A stretch of DNA of 64,000 bases from Oopsacas minuta (taxonomy: Eukaryota; Animalia; Porifera), in assembly GCA_024704765.1 (NCBI GenBank), contig JAKMXF010000011.1, positions 1 through 64,000 on the forward strand, in the 5' to 3' direction. The notes below the pieces were generated by a model. It saw only the letters and a list, made by a program, of their open reading frames with translations, ran no database searches and was not told the origin of the DNA. The position numbers and the translations under genes were made by a program. The stretch's first letter is position 1, and each line of letters begins with the position of its first letter. Shown piece by piece: positions 48,593 to 62,952 of this stretch.

Positions 48593-50370
48593 CACATGTC
48601 TCGAGAAATATATATGATAGAGCTTAAGAATGTATTTATGACATATAGGAATATGGTATTGATATATGCATTACAATGTCTAAAATATGATTTCTCATCA
48701 TCTGGCTTCGCAAGAGCTATTCCTAGAACGAAAAAGGCTGCTTTCTAAACTGTCTTTTAACCATGTTCTCTGTATTTTAGTGCTTGACAGTTCTATATAA
48801 TGACAGAGAGGAATAGTTTATTTGAAAATAATAGTTGATATAATTGGAATGTGAACACATTCCTGTGTTGCCAAGTGAACCTGTTTTCATTTGATTAAGC
48901 TATAACTCAAAAACTATTAGTGCTATGGTTCTAAACTGTATGCCAGTAGTCTGTATTTGATATACTTTTTCTTGATACTTTTTGAGATATTTTGACATGT
49001 GGTATATATACAGTTAAGGGACAAAAGTATTCGATCACACAAATATATTGTCATAAATTGTATACTCTTTCCCGCTCCTATATACTGTATAGTCTATATT
49101 CGTAGCTGCAATCTAGTAATTTGCATAGAATAACATGTTTTTCAAGAATTTCAAAAAAATATTCTCGATTTACACTTTTTGATGGTGTTAATTATTAATA
49201 ATTATTAGATAATTATTGATAATCAAAATATGTGGTAATTCAAAACCTATTAAGAATCTATAATTTCTGACTTGATATTTGAATTCTACTTAGGCGAGTT
49301 ACCCCAGATTCAAATTTCCAATCGTATTGAACAATTTTTACCAAAGTTATAGAAGAATTTCAATTTGTGCCACTTGTTGCAAAAAGTGACACCGGTGGCA
49401 GGAAAAAGCGCCATTACAAGGAAATCAACTAGGGTTAGGAGGAATAAGTCATAGTAATATTTTCGAATTATATGACTATGCTAACCCTTGAATTACAAAA
49501 TAACCTCTTGGTAACGGCCACTTGTGCCCCTTGGGCAAAAGGTGGCACAAATGGCACAAATTGAAATTCATCTATAACTCTGGCAAAAATTGTTCAATCC
49601 CATTGAAAATTTAATCTGGGGTAACTCGCCTAAGTATAATCCAAATATCAAGTCAGAAATTATAGATTCTTAATAGGTTTTGAATTACCACATATTTTGA
49701 TTATCAATAATTATCTAATAATTATTAATAATTAACACCTTCAAAAAGTGTAAATCGAAAATATTTTTTTGAAATTCTTGAAAAACATGTTATTCTATGC
49801 AAATTACTAGATTGCAGCTACGAATATAGACTGTACAATATATAGGAACGGGAAAGAGTATACAATTTATGACGATGTATTTGTGTGGTCGAATACTTTT
49901 GTCCCTTAACTGTATGGTAGTCATATAATATATGAAAAATGTCAATATATCTCAAGTATTAACTGAAATCAAATGAAATATACTACTAGTAAAAAGAAAG
50001 TTGACTATTACGAACAATTGGTATAAAGTTGAGAGCCATAGCATTCATAGTTTTTGAGTTATAGCTTAAATAAATGAAAACAGGTTCCCTTGTCAACAAC
50101 AGGAATGTGTTCACATTCCATTCATATCAACTATTGTTTTCAAATATACTTTTCGCCTCTGTCATTATATAAAACTATCAAGCACTAAAATACTGAGAAC
50201 ATGGTTTAAATATAGTTTTAAAAGCAACTTTTTCGTTCTAAAAATAGCTCTTGCGAAACCACTAGATGAGAAATCATATTTCACAATAGAAATACATGCT
50301 TCGCTATCATATCCCTATTTGTCATTAATACATACCTCTACTCTAAAACATATATTTCTGGAGATATGTA
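48593..50370. mobile_element. Foldback element: ~400-bp inverted arms with a very short spacer, hosting a MITE at its centre
   Basis: 48593-49000 is the reverse complement of ~49940-50370 (e.g. ggaatgtgaacacattcctg / caggaatgtgttcacattcc; ataactcaaaaacta / tagtttttgagttat). Exact termini uncertain. Confidence 0.75.
49011..49912. mobile_element. Tc1-type MITE (902 bp) with ~360-bp TIRs
   Basis: Ends cagttaagggacaaaagtattcga / tcgaatacttttgtcccttaactg with TA flanks. Arms 49011-49372 and 49552-49912 are near-perfect inverted copies. Confidence 0.88.
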
Positions 50371-52149
50371 ATGTTGGCCCTCCCGTTTACATGCCTTCTC
50401 GGTGACATACATAGTATTATATTTTATGTAGGCCGTAGGCCATGCTGCACCATTTTGTATGCTACTTACGTCACGGGTCCCCGAACATTTGACTGCATAA
50501 GAGGGAATAGAGGCATTTATGAAGAAAATAATTATGTACACTCATCTTGATATTTGGCCGTTTAGGAGGTCGAGCCTTATTACTTCTCTTAGAATGAAAA
50601 TTTGTAATGTAAAATATACACGAGTTGTATTTACTATTTATTCATTCATCAGTTTACACCAAAGAATTCTTCATGCATGCTAGTACAGTTGCCAGGAAAA
50701 GTATTCAAAAATATTTCTATTAATGCTATAGGCAATTGAATTTGAATATATACAGATTGTGATTTGCCTTTGATGACTATGGAAAGTTACCTGTAATATT
50801 CTTATATTAGACATTTCATAAAATTTGACATCAAAGAATAAATATGTGCTTAGTAATAGTCAATGGTTATGCGTTATTCTAACTTTCTTAAGTGCTACTA
50901 AGAGATTGTTATTACGTCACTTTTTTTAGAATCCTTAACGGAATAACTGCCCAACTTCTCATACCATCGCAATACATTATGAATACTCTTACTAATGTGA
51001 AACTCACTGGATACTTGTTTTGTAACATTCATGGAATGTTTTAGCATACTATCCAAAATCTTTATTTTCTACAAAATACACAATACAATAATTCTGGTAA
51101 AATGCGCCGTTTCTACAATATAGAAATCACTTTGTCATTTGTTATATTGGTTAACTTAGCCCTAGGCTAAAGTCAACGGGTTACTATTCGGCCGTAGAAA
51201 GCTATATCGTAATCTAGACACAACAGGCCTATATTTTAACTACTAAATTTATCACAAAATAATTTATGAAATACTAAATGGCTCCAAATGGTGCTGACCA
51301 AAGAATTTGTAAACCAATATCATTTAGCCCCTTTACTTGACATTGCTCAAATTTTTTGTGATGATACACTTGAACATACTTTAGATAGTACACAGCAAGA
51401 GTTTAAGGTAAATCTAAATCTATACCCTCAACACTATGATGGGGTGCAACAGTCGAAAAATCAGTTTTGATCTTAATTTCACTTTGAGGCACCATAGCTG
51501 TTAAATGAAGAATATATACTGTTTTGGTGAGAAATTCGATAAGCTAGAAGAGAAACTTCCCAGAATCATGGCACGTCGGAGAAATTACAGCCCCTGGCGC
51601 CATAATTTGTCTCGGGCCACATTTGTGCTTCCTACTTATATATTTAAGTAACACAGTATAAATATTTATCACAAACATTTCTAGTACAAATAAAGTGAAG
51701 GTTGAGTCAATTTAAATCATTTTATTTCTTTTCTGGCCTTTCTTGAAGCAAATATGTCAATAAGCTTAGCAAAATTTCACTTGCCTTGACAAATCATTTC
51801 AATGCTAAATTTTGCAGATCATTCAGTCTCTCTTGACTCATAGCATTCCATAGAAAGTATTTGATCAATTTTAGTTTGCTGAACGAACGTTCAGCGGATG
51901 CCATAGTAACAAGAAGGGAATGGAATATAATGAGAACAATGCACACATTTGGAAACAAAAATCAAATTTCAAATTTGGAATTACATTAAATAGTTCCAAA
52001 AGACCATGAGATGTTGGATTAAAGTTTGCAGTATGAATTCTTCTTAGATTAATCAATAAATTCTGAAAATCGTCCAGGATGCTAAAATTCTACTAAGTTT
52101 CATACAAGCAATGTGGATTTCTTGATCTCCCAATTCCATATAACGCCAA

Positions 52150-54660
52150 AGAAAACCGAACAGTATATAAATAGTATTCACAGCATTGTATCCTTTTAGT
52201 AACCCTTGCAATATTGAATCAATTATGTTAAGAAAAAACTTCATGCTTAAATTGAGTTCCATAATCCTCCATTATTCCTCTTCAGTTTCTGCGTACAATC
52301 TCTTTCGTTTTTCCTACGAATTTCGGGAAAAGAGGAATGAATATTCATGCTGTAGGCAACAAGCCTAAATTATTGAACTATTGACGACCAGATGTCTCAC
52401 AGTGTTTCAAATGAGTAATGAGATTATTTAGGTTCTGTATTTCGATGTCGATAGTTGCAGAATGACCATGAAGTTGAGGGTTTTAAATCTGGTAATTTAG
52501 CTCATTTAAAATCTCAAGACTGTTTGAGGAAGGTAAAATCAGAAATTAAATCCAAAGATACATTTTCTTATATCTATACAGAAGATGTAGCAGCCACTCA
52601 ACAATATTTTAGGTATTTGTTACCGGATTCTCGTATTCCAGGTTATGTTCCATATTTCGTACAAGATCCCTTCATAGGTCATATGTTTACTTCGTAACAA
52701 ATCTACTTGCAGAAACTTATTCTGAATAAGCCTATCATTTTAAATTTAGATGTAACATTTTCTTTGATTAGTAAACCATCTACCTGTGTTAATAAACTAT
52801 TTTATTATGCTCTGACAATGCAACATCCAAAGATGCTAATAGTCCAGTTCCTGTGGCAGAGATGATAAGTAGTGAACATGGGACTGCAGAAATATAACAT
52901 TTTAAAATATATGGTGGTAAATATTATGTTAGTTTTATATCCAGAGATTCGAATACAAAACGTTGAAATGGACTATAGTGGGCGATGATACATAGTACTT
53001 GTTTGGCATTTAATAAGTTCCCTATTTTACGTTATCTCCAAAATTGTTGAAATTTGCAATAGGTGGTGAAAATTTGAATCTTCCCAAAATTTTGCATGTT
53101 TGCTAAGCACATGTAATGCGTAAGATTAGTTATAATTTACATAAAAGTTTAAACTTGAGAAGAAACTAAAGCAAGTGATGTTACATGTTTTTGGTCGTAG
53201 GTCAACGAGTAAAATATTCACGAAGTTGGTAATTTATTTGAATTGTTTTGTTTCATTTTATATTTTGAAATACAACTCAATTTTACAAAACCAAATTAAT
53301 TGAACTAGAAAATTGTGTTATAGGAGAATATATTATTGGTAATGACATTTCAGAAGAGCTTGAAGATGATAGCAATAATTAAAATGCAGTTACGTATAAA
53401 GAAATGTCCCCTTTCGGTAAACATTACGAACAGATAATTTAAAATCTAAATCTCAAATTCATGATATCGAGAAAATTTCCAAGGTTAAAGATTTTATTAA
53501 TTCACATTTTTCTAGCATAATATAATTTTGTTAACTTATTACATGCCATTGATACCCTTGTGGAGTGGAATTATTTTGTTTTAGAATATGTGGTGACAAA
53601 GACACCACTGTTACAGACAGCAACGCTAGTGTAGAAAGTGGTTTAGGATAGTAAACATAGTATTTTAATTACGAAATTAGGTTAAAGGCCGCAGATTTAA
53701 TCGGATTGATATACGTTAATATAGTTGACAGGATTGCTACATTCATGTTCGCTTTACAACATTAGCAAGTATATTATTTAAACAACAGGAAAAATGTTGT
53801 GGCAAAAGAGGATGGTTGCAAGAGGAGTGGTCCAAAAGGAAAGACCAAATTTAGGTATATTACGCCTTTAGATTAAAACTTTCAAAGGCATTTGCAAGTT
53901 ATAAATCGAAATATAACCATTAGATAGTCAACAAAAGCCGTTAGCAAGTACAGAAATCAAATGTCCAGTTAAGTCTGTGTGTGAGCATAATAAATACCCA
54001 GAGGAAGTTCAAATATTAGTTTACTAAGGATGTTGAAATATTTTCCGATTTAGACCTTATAGACTTGGGTGAACTAGAATCTAAATTTCAGAGATTCCAA
54101 CACATTACTTATAAGGGAAGAAATGTTATTTGTGAAAGCTTGAACTTAAAATTGTATAATTCACTAGCTTCTTCCAGAAAAGAAATACCACTAAATTCCA
54201 ATTTCCGCGAATACTATCCTTCTAAAATGTTACATGTTACTGGAGATGGTAATTATGTATTTTCTTCACTGGCATTTAGGATGACAAGTACGAATAATTT
54301 CCATCAAATTCGATCACTTATTACAGATAATATGGTTGGAAAGTTGAAAGAACCCTGTAATAAATTTATCAAAAACAAATTCCACGATCAGTAATTAATT
54401 ACAAAAATGTTAGTGACTATACCATTAAAACGAATACGCGTAAGAACACAACTTTGGGAACTGACGTGGAAATATTTGCGGTAGCTTTGTTATTGTAAAC
54501 AGAAGTTTGGATTTTACTGCAACTTGGAAACAAGTGGATGTTCTTTTTAAAATGTATAATGTGGTTAGTGCTCTAGAATCACCTCCAGCAAATCCTTAAG
54601 CCTCAATATATTTAAATCACAATGGGGTTCATTATGAACCCATTTTAAAGGTAGATAAAG
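52150..54660 (+). pseudogene. MULE/NOF-FB-like transposase fused to a C-terminal OTU cysteine-protease domain, heavily decayed
   Basis: GYVPYFVQDPF, LNLDVTFSLISKP...LFYY, PVAEMISSEH, VEMDYS(W)AMIHSTCLAFN, LHVC*AHVM, SNASVE.WFRIVKHSI, then GDGNYVFSSLA (54240), LGTDVEIFAVA (54460) and YLNHNGVHYEPI (54610). Termini not found; start approximate. Confidence 0.7.
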
Positions 54661-54741
54661 CTGTTTTGTCTAAGACTACACCCCAGTGAGAATATGCCGA
54701 CTTCAATATGTATTCATATTCGGATCATGGATACTGTAGAG

Positions 54742-57270
54742 TAGTGTTTCTCAAAGTGGGCCGTAGAGCCCCCTGGAAGGCACTGAAAGGGGGGGAGGGG
54801 GCGGCAGCGCAGCAAGGGGTGCTGGGGGACGCTATAGGTCATAGAAAGCGAGACAGAAATACGACCTGACGTAAAAAAAGTGGTATCATATTCCTCATTA
54901 TACATTAACAATAGGTGCTAACAAGTACTTCAATTATCAAAGCCATTTACAGTGATAATACTCTTGGTGATTGTTAACAACAGCTAATCCTTAAAAATGA
55001 ATGAAGAATTCTTGGGAAACGTGAATAAGACCGAATTGTGTTTTGACTAGATTAGCATTTAAGTATGCTCGTTCGGATAACTGGGGTGGTAGTAGATTGG
55101 ACTTCGTTGGATCTGTCTCAGGCTTTTATTCCAGTCTTGAATAAAATTCCGTCATATTCCAGTCTTGAATACAATTCGGTCTTACTCCATTCGGACTTGT
55201 TCCAGTCTTGGAAAAATAAAATTTCATACTATAAATTCAGTCTTAATCAGTCAACCCGAATTCTTTTCTTACAATGTCTATGGCTTTCCTAATCGAAATA
55301 TAATTATCAATGTTCTTCAAACAAATATAACTTCGTAATAGTAAGTACTCTGTTTAATTTCACTATAAATACATACGTAGAAATCTAAACCGAAAGGAAT
55401 TGATAAACTCGATTGAAGAAATGAATAGTAAAAAGAAGTATAGACAGTATAGTGCTGATTATATCAAATACGGATTAGTTAAATCTCCTTCCAAAGAACA
55501 ACTCCCAATGTGTTTGTTGTCGAACAAGTTTTTTCTAATGAGCGAATGAAGCCATCGAGAGTGATTGATCATCTGAAATCGCGTCACAGTGATAAGGTAG
55601 AGAAAGATGTGCAATTCTTCATTAAATTGAGAGACAGCCGCAAAAACAATGGGCGGAATCTTTGGAAGAATAGATTGACAAAGCATTGATGGTTTGGTTT
55701 CCTCCTATAACATTTCGTTACTAGTTGCAAAATCTGAAAGCTACAAACAATTGCTGAAAAATTCATTCTACCTGCAAAACAGGAAACAGTTACAACTGTT
55801 ATGCATTCAGATGGGCGAAGTGTGATTAAGTACATTCGGTTAAGCTGTGATACTGTGGCTAGGAGAATAAATTTGATGGCTAGTGATGTTGAGAAAACCC
55901 TATACAGTACTTAAAAACAACGGAATTTTCTCTTCAAATTGACGAATCCACATTGCCAGCTAACGAAGCACTGCTCGTTGCATATGTCCGATATATTCTC
56001 GATGGAATAATGGTTGAAGAAATTATATTTGCTAGCAAAGTCGTGAAAAATTTCTTTCAGAAAAAGGAAATTCCCATGAATAATATCATTGCTTGTGCAA
56101 CAGATGTGGCGCCAGCTATGGTTGGTAGATATCGTGGTTTCATTTCGTACTTGAAAAAGGCTGTGTCTGAGGTTTTTGCTATTCATTGCATCGTCCATCG
56201 AGAACATTTGGTAGCAAAACATCTAAGTGGTCGCTTGCACAACTCAATGCATATCGTCATTACCGTTATCAATAATCAAAGCTTCCGCACACAGCGAAAG
56301 ATATTTCGCCGGACATGTCACGAAAACCAAACAGAATTTGAACGTCTGCTTTTGCACACAAAAGTGAGGTGGCTCTCAAAAGGAAAGTGTTTCAGTCGGT
56401 TCTACAGCCATTTCGACACCATTTTAGAATTTTTAGAGGAAGAGAACCGCAGTTAATGCAGTTTGTCAGTGCAGCGAAATCAGATGAAGCTTACTTGACT
56501 GACATTTTTGATAAGTTCAAAGCAATGATCTTGCAACTACAAGACAATTTATTCACTCTGGTCAAGTGCAAAACTGCTGTCAGCTCCTTCATAGGGAAAC
56601 TAAAGTTATTTAAACAAAATATCGGTCGACGAGAATTTTACCAGTTTCCTCATCTAGACTCCAAATTTCAGATGACGATTTACTAGCATATTGTTAACAT
56701 CTTGAAGTACTGAAAGCGGATACGATCAAGCGGTTCACTGACTTTTTGGAACTTGAACCCGCTCATTGGTTAATTAACTCTATCTTTTTGGATGCCCCAA
56801 CAGTTCCACTCTATTTGCAGGAAGAGCTGATGGACTTGCAAAGTGATTGCGAGGAAAAAGCTCATTTTACACTGATGGGGTATGAACGATTTCGGATTGC
56901 AATCACAAGACGAAATACATTTTCCAATTTGTGGAAAGTAGCAAAACTGCTTGTTCTGGCGTTCCGACATCATATCTCGTTGAGAGAGGTTTTAGTGCAG
57001 TCGTTCAATTACTAACGAAGCAAAGAAACAGACTAGATATTTCTCAATGCGAAGATTTGAGATTGTCGCTAACTGATATGAAACCAGATGTAAATGGGAT
57101 TATCAACGAACATCACGCTCAAGTACACCCTTCTCATAAATTGATGACTACTATTTATTATCGTTAAACAAATACGAGTGGTAAAAATATTTAGACTTTC
57201 TGGAGGGGGGCGGTATCGAGGCAATATTGTTGACAAGGGGCGTTGTCCGAATAAATTTTGAGAAACATTG
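54742..57270 (+). mobile_element. hAT Buster/Charlie-type transposon (2529 bp), decayed ZBED8/SCAND3-like transposase at ~55421-57140
   Basis: TIRs tagtgtttctcaaa / tttgagaaacattg; 8-bp TSD ctgtagag/ctgtaaag with central TA. Motifs FSLQIDEST, CATDVAPAMVG, IHCIVHREHL, HTKVRWLSKG, PTSYLVERGFSAV and HPSH. Confidence 0.92.
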
Positions 57271-58796
57271 CTGTAAAGTATTAATTTTCTACATGTACAC
57301 CTGATGAGGGCCAAAATATCAGGATAGGTAAATCTATGAGGTTTCACATGTTGAGTTAGATGATTTTACTTTTCTGAATCTCATTAGATGTAATAGACTG
57401 TGCAAATTATCCCTTTCGTGAACCATGATCCTAATATGAATCCTATTTTGAGGAGGTATTTTATCACTGGAGGTTGTTTTCATTAATGGTACATGTGTAA
57501 TATATATTAGATAATGAAAACATTGATTCATAGATTTTTTTAGTACTTACATTCTTATGGCAAGTGTGAATGAAGAGCAGGCCTTATCGATGCACACTAC
57601 ATCTGCGGATTTAATTTTTATCCCATTATTTAATAGTTCCGTTTGCTATAAACACATATATATGTATAAATAAGGTCTGTACAAAGTACAGAACATAATT
57701 TGGCTTCCGGGAACCAGTTGCAGCATCTCAGGATTGGCGGATGAGATATCACATTTTCTGTATATGTTATTGATTAATGAGGTAAATGATAGAGTGTTCT
57801 CCTAGTTGACAGACTTGTCTTTCTTCTTAATTATTCAGTTTTAAATATTTACATTGTTGAAACGTGGTTCATGCATGTTAAATCAACTTTTGAAAGTGTA
57901 ATACGCAAGAGGTATGTTTCCCTGTAATATATGTAAATTCAGGTATTTATAAATCAAGAAAGCATACAGCGCAAAGTTATATGTTTCTGATTGTGTATAA
58001 TCAGACACGAAGAAATTTCGTGCAGTAGCATGAATTGGATTCATTTGTTGCAGAATTAATAAGATAAAATTACTATATTTGTATTTTAGGAATAAATGGT
58101 TGGTATTTATGGTTGTTTTAACTTATGGATTAAAATAGCTCTGTATACTAAGTATATCTAAATTTATCTCTTCGAACCATCTTGAGGAAGAAATTATATA
58201 CTATGAGACAGGTATATAATACTATATTTTCTGACTATCTGTATAAATTTATTCTGGTATTACTTGTGTAATGTATATCAACTAATTTTGGGTGTAAGTT
58301 AATATTGAATATTATCTGTATAAATGTATATCGGATAATACTTGTATAATTCTATACCAGAAATTACCTGTGTAAAATGTGGGTATAATTTTTAATGTCT
58401 ACAGTATTGTATCCACATAATGTTCAGTATCAAATAAAATGGAGTATTGAATATCGTTTTTAGCATTTACACCTTCAGATTTACAATAATGAACAATTGA
58501 GATTTGGATTCTAGAGCTTGAAGCTGAATTATGTTCCTACAGATATTTATGACAAAATACTTCCATTTGGATAATATAATTAGTAAACACTACATAATTA
58601 TACCGATTGGTTGATGGTTTTGAATTTAGAATAAAATATTAGAAGAAAGGTAAATGGAACCACCAAGTAGCGTGACTCTGCTTCTCTCATTCCTTGATAT
58701 AACAACATTCTTAAGTCATTACTTCTGAAACATATATTTTTGTAACTGGTTCAAATTATCTTTTGTAATTTTTTTAATTAAATAAATATATATACT

Positions 58797-59480
58797 TCCA
58801 ACACATTTTAGTACTGTTGTATGACAGAACAATTACCATGACAGAATAATTACCTCGTATTAGTATAACCATGGATATTTATCCATGACAGTTCAACTAC
58901 TTTTGGCAATATACTACTGTTTCACTATGTTTTCGCAACAATTTCAGTCCCAATATCAAGATTAGGCTTAGATTCTTATTCTAAAATTCGTAACCATACA
59001 TCTACTGCACTTCTCATACAATTTCCAGTCCAGCTAATAATATTTTAATGGGTGAGTTTGAGAGTTAAGAGAGAGATACTATAGTACAGTGGAGTGCCCC
59101 AAAACGGGCACTCTGACAAGCAGACAACCCTTCTATAATGAACAAAGGTCATGTCCCTAACGGGTCCGTAATTCGGAGATTACACTATATACCCCTGAAT
59201 AAATAATTACTGTTCATTATTTTCGAACAGAATTTAGAGACTAGAAATTTATTAAAATAGTATTAAATAGTAGTGAATATAGTCGGAAAGTTAGTTTAAA
59301 ATAAGGAATCTAAGCCTAATCTTGATTTGGAACTGAATTTGTTGGGAAGTCCTAATAAACAGAGTTAATTGCCAAAAGTAGTTGAATTGTTATGGATAAT
59401 TATCCATGGTTATAGAAATATAAGGTAGTTATTCAGTCATGGTAGTCGTTCTGTCATACAACAGTAAGAAAATTTTGGAA
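58797..59480. mobile_element. Foldback/MITE with ~200-bp inverted arms; a ~100-bp pogo-like remnant lies in the spacer (~59087-59188)
   Basis: tactgttgtatgacagaac / gttctgtcatacaacagta and aagattaggcttagattcttatt / aataaggaatctaagcctaatctt are inverted pairs. Confidence 0.7.
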
Positions 59481-62400
59481 TTGTTGAAAGAAAGTTAGAA
59501 TGGGAACTATAATACGTATGATAATCTGGCTTCCTATACGTAAATGTGTGATAGTTTTTCAAATTAGTCATATTACAGATTTACAATAGATATTATTGAA
59601 GATTAATTAAATACAAAGTATATAGAATAAAAAAGTCTCAATTATTAGCGACCCCCTAGTTTTTATAGCAATTAATTATAGAATACAAAATAAAGTATCT
59701 GTAAATTTTGAGGTGACTCTGTTAACAATAAACCTGCAGCATTAAATTCCAAGTTTGAGCTCGTGATTCCGAAAAAATTGAAAAATTATCGATTTTTTAG
59801 AAAATCGATGTGGATAATAATTTTCAGTATTTATGGATAATATTGATATTATGGAAACGTCCTCGTCGCAGCTATCGATTGTTATCAAAATATAACAGTT
59901 TGAGTTTGATTTTGGATATCAAATATCAATTTGAACAGACCATACTTTTGTAAAATGATACTCAACCCTTCCACCGTAACTCTGACTCCAACTTTGAATA
60001 CTTGTATCTCCCAGAGTTTTGGAATTTTTGATGAAATTTAATTTACATAAACGTTCATGTGTCACAGATATAGACAAAAGAATTCAGAGTCAAATTTTCA
60101 CCTTTAAGTTGTCTTTTCTAATAGAGAAGCGACCCTACTCGTCATGTCACGAAAGTTAACAAAAACTTAAAGAAAAGATATTTTATAAACGTCCAACACT
60201 CTTCTACCAAATGCTATAATTTTCGGGTAAATCTGATGAATATAAGTAGGAAAATTAGCGATTGAACTAACCCTGTCCGAATATCCTACCAACTTCACAG
60301 TCGTAAATGAAACTGATGCAAAATGCCAGAATGCTTAGAAAAGTGATGTAGGCGAATTCGGATATGGAGGTTTCTAGATATGCAGTCAGTTTCACATGAA
60401 GACGATAGATTGGTAAAGATTAGGTTTATTATAGACTTAGTTAAATTCAAACCGAATAGAATTCCAAAAATTCATACTTTCACCACAGTTTATGCAGACT
60501 CGGCTAATCTTTGATGCTTTTTTCGGGTTTTGAATTCAGAAATTAAGTAAAATTGAAAATAAATCAATAAATGACACAATTGGCATACAAGAAAATCTGT
60601 GGTGATCAAATACTTTTGTTCATAAATTGTATATCTACTGAATTGATGCCATTTCTAGATGAGTCGAAACCAAAATATTCATAAAATAGAATAGTCTGCA
60701 TCGAAATGGAGGATATTTAATGAGTCATCAATTTGATAAGAAAATCAACAATCCCAGGTTTAAAAGGATATTGAATCTTAATCATACCGACGTTGACCAA
60801 AGAGCGCCAGTTTTGCATTCCCGCTTGCACTTCGCGGTATTGTTATCAAATAATTCCAGCGCTTCGGATCCCACTCGCGCTCTTGTTTCAATAATATTAT
60901 CGCTTCCATATTTTCATCCACATAAAATTGATCCCCGCTTGTTTTAAGTTTGCCCTGATTTCGCAACCAAGGCCTACGCGAGGTCTACGGTATTACGTAG
61001 AGTATTTAGAGCGCTAGACATATTTTGGCGCTCTGCCTAGTACGCGCTCCGAACTCTTTTATTTAGAAAATCACTGAATAATACAGTTATCAAAATTGAC
61101 CTATTTATGTTTTCTAGGGCTAATAGAAGTAATAACTTGACAAGTGGAATGTGTGTGCAATTTCCAGAAGGAAATTTCTCAATTCTCGGGAGACCACATA
61201 TTGTCCTCCAAATTATTTGAACTTTAAGATATATATATTTCGAAACACAAGAAACAAAAATCTACTCCAAGGAAGGATCCCAATTATTGTTATTTTTCGC
61301 AAGTTAATGGATAGAGTATATGTATTACCAAGAAAGTAATGTACAGTGAGCTTAAAGCTACAATATTATTGATTTCAGTAATACAAATTATTCCCCAAAT
61401 GTAAGACTCTCCTACTAATACTGTAATTCAAACAAAATTAGCATGCACTCATATAAATATGATTCGGTGTATTGTCAAATGTAGTTTATAGATAAGGTCA
61501 TCTGTTCACCAAGAGATATAAGCCTCATCAGATGAAACGCGCATAGACATTAGAATCTACAATCAGGAAGATAAACCAGATTTGTATAGGTTTACACAAA
61601 TGCATTCTTTACTAACATAGCTTGTTCCTCTAGGTTAATATATTTATTTCCAGTAGCTGTGGATGATGAGGAATTCCTCCCAACGTATCTAAAATGAAAG
61701 ATGAATGAATATAGCAGCATCTTAACACAATAGAGGGCATCAGTTATACCAATATTTATAAGGCTATAGACAGAGGATTGAGAGTAGAATATAACAAATT
61801 AATTCCACATTTTTATCATTTTATCATTGAAAACAATTATCAGCGATTAAATCCAGTTTCTAGTATATTGATTCGATTGCTTAAAAATACGAAAATTAGC
61901 ATAAAATATTACCAATAGAGACAGAGAGATTGATAATTCTTTAATCTAATAATTGGCATGAATTGAATTGTACGTAAATATAGTATAAAGCGCTGAAAAA
62001 TTGAGATTCTGTTAGTGTAATAGAGTATGATAATACATAATTGAACCATCCAGACTATATCAATACATTAAAAAGGTGAATATATGTGTGTGTAATATAT
62101 AACTAAATATATATGTCGCAGTGTAGAACAGTGGGATAGGTTGGTTTAGGGGGCTTTGGTTCAAAATTATGTGCCGGCGCTATCACTTCAAACTCAAATT
62201 CGCATTATCAGGGATTATTGGGCATGGATCAGTAAATTTTTGGCTTTCTGTAAGTGCACAATACTAATTTACAATACTATTGAGTAAATTATATATAAAT
62301 ATAATTAAACCATAATAACAAATTTCCTAACAGATCAATATCATTTTAAGAATGATTTCCGTCTCAAACAATCCTACACTTGCTAAAAGCAATCAATAAA

Positions 62401-62886
62401 GCGAATAATGATAAATCGACTGATAAAAACACAAAATAATGTAGGAAAGTCTGCGAAAATAATTGTTCAATCTTTACTCGATATGCGTTATCAGAAATTT
62501 TCACTATTCCAACTAGATTATATTCAGATTCTAACAGGAATTCGGTTTTTGGCAAAACATTCGATTTCTGAATTTTTGCCGTAGTATTTTTGCCTCCTTG
62601 TAATTGCTTCTTTCTCCTTAATACTATTCAATTACTATGTTTTTGCAACATTGATTATGTTAAAGTGCAGTTTTAATGTTTGTTTTAAGGGATATTTCGT
62701 TAGCTTTCTTTTTCTTTTTCATGTGTTAAGTGATAATAATTCTTGATTTCAAGTGGAATATAAATTGATCAAAAATGATAACTATTGTTCATTGTTTAGT
62801 TATTATACCTAACATAATGATTTATGTTGGAGAGCAGAAACTCCGGTTTCGGATGTATCTTGAAAAGGATTTCAGTAGTAACAGGG

Positions 62887-62952
62887 ATATGAATTGATGG
62901 TAGAAATAGTGAATAATGCATATGAATTGATGGTAGAAATAGTGAAAAATGC
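62887..62952. repeat. 33-bp tandem duplication
   Basis: atatgaattgatggtagaaatagtgaa(t/a)aatgc x2. Confidence 0.9.

Noticed and set aside
52398-52404. Additional CACAGTG heptamer
   Set aside because: There is no matching 9-mer at 8 or 17 bp, no partner end and no RAG-like ORF, so it is treated as a chance match within the MULE remnant.
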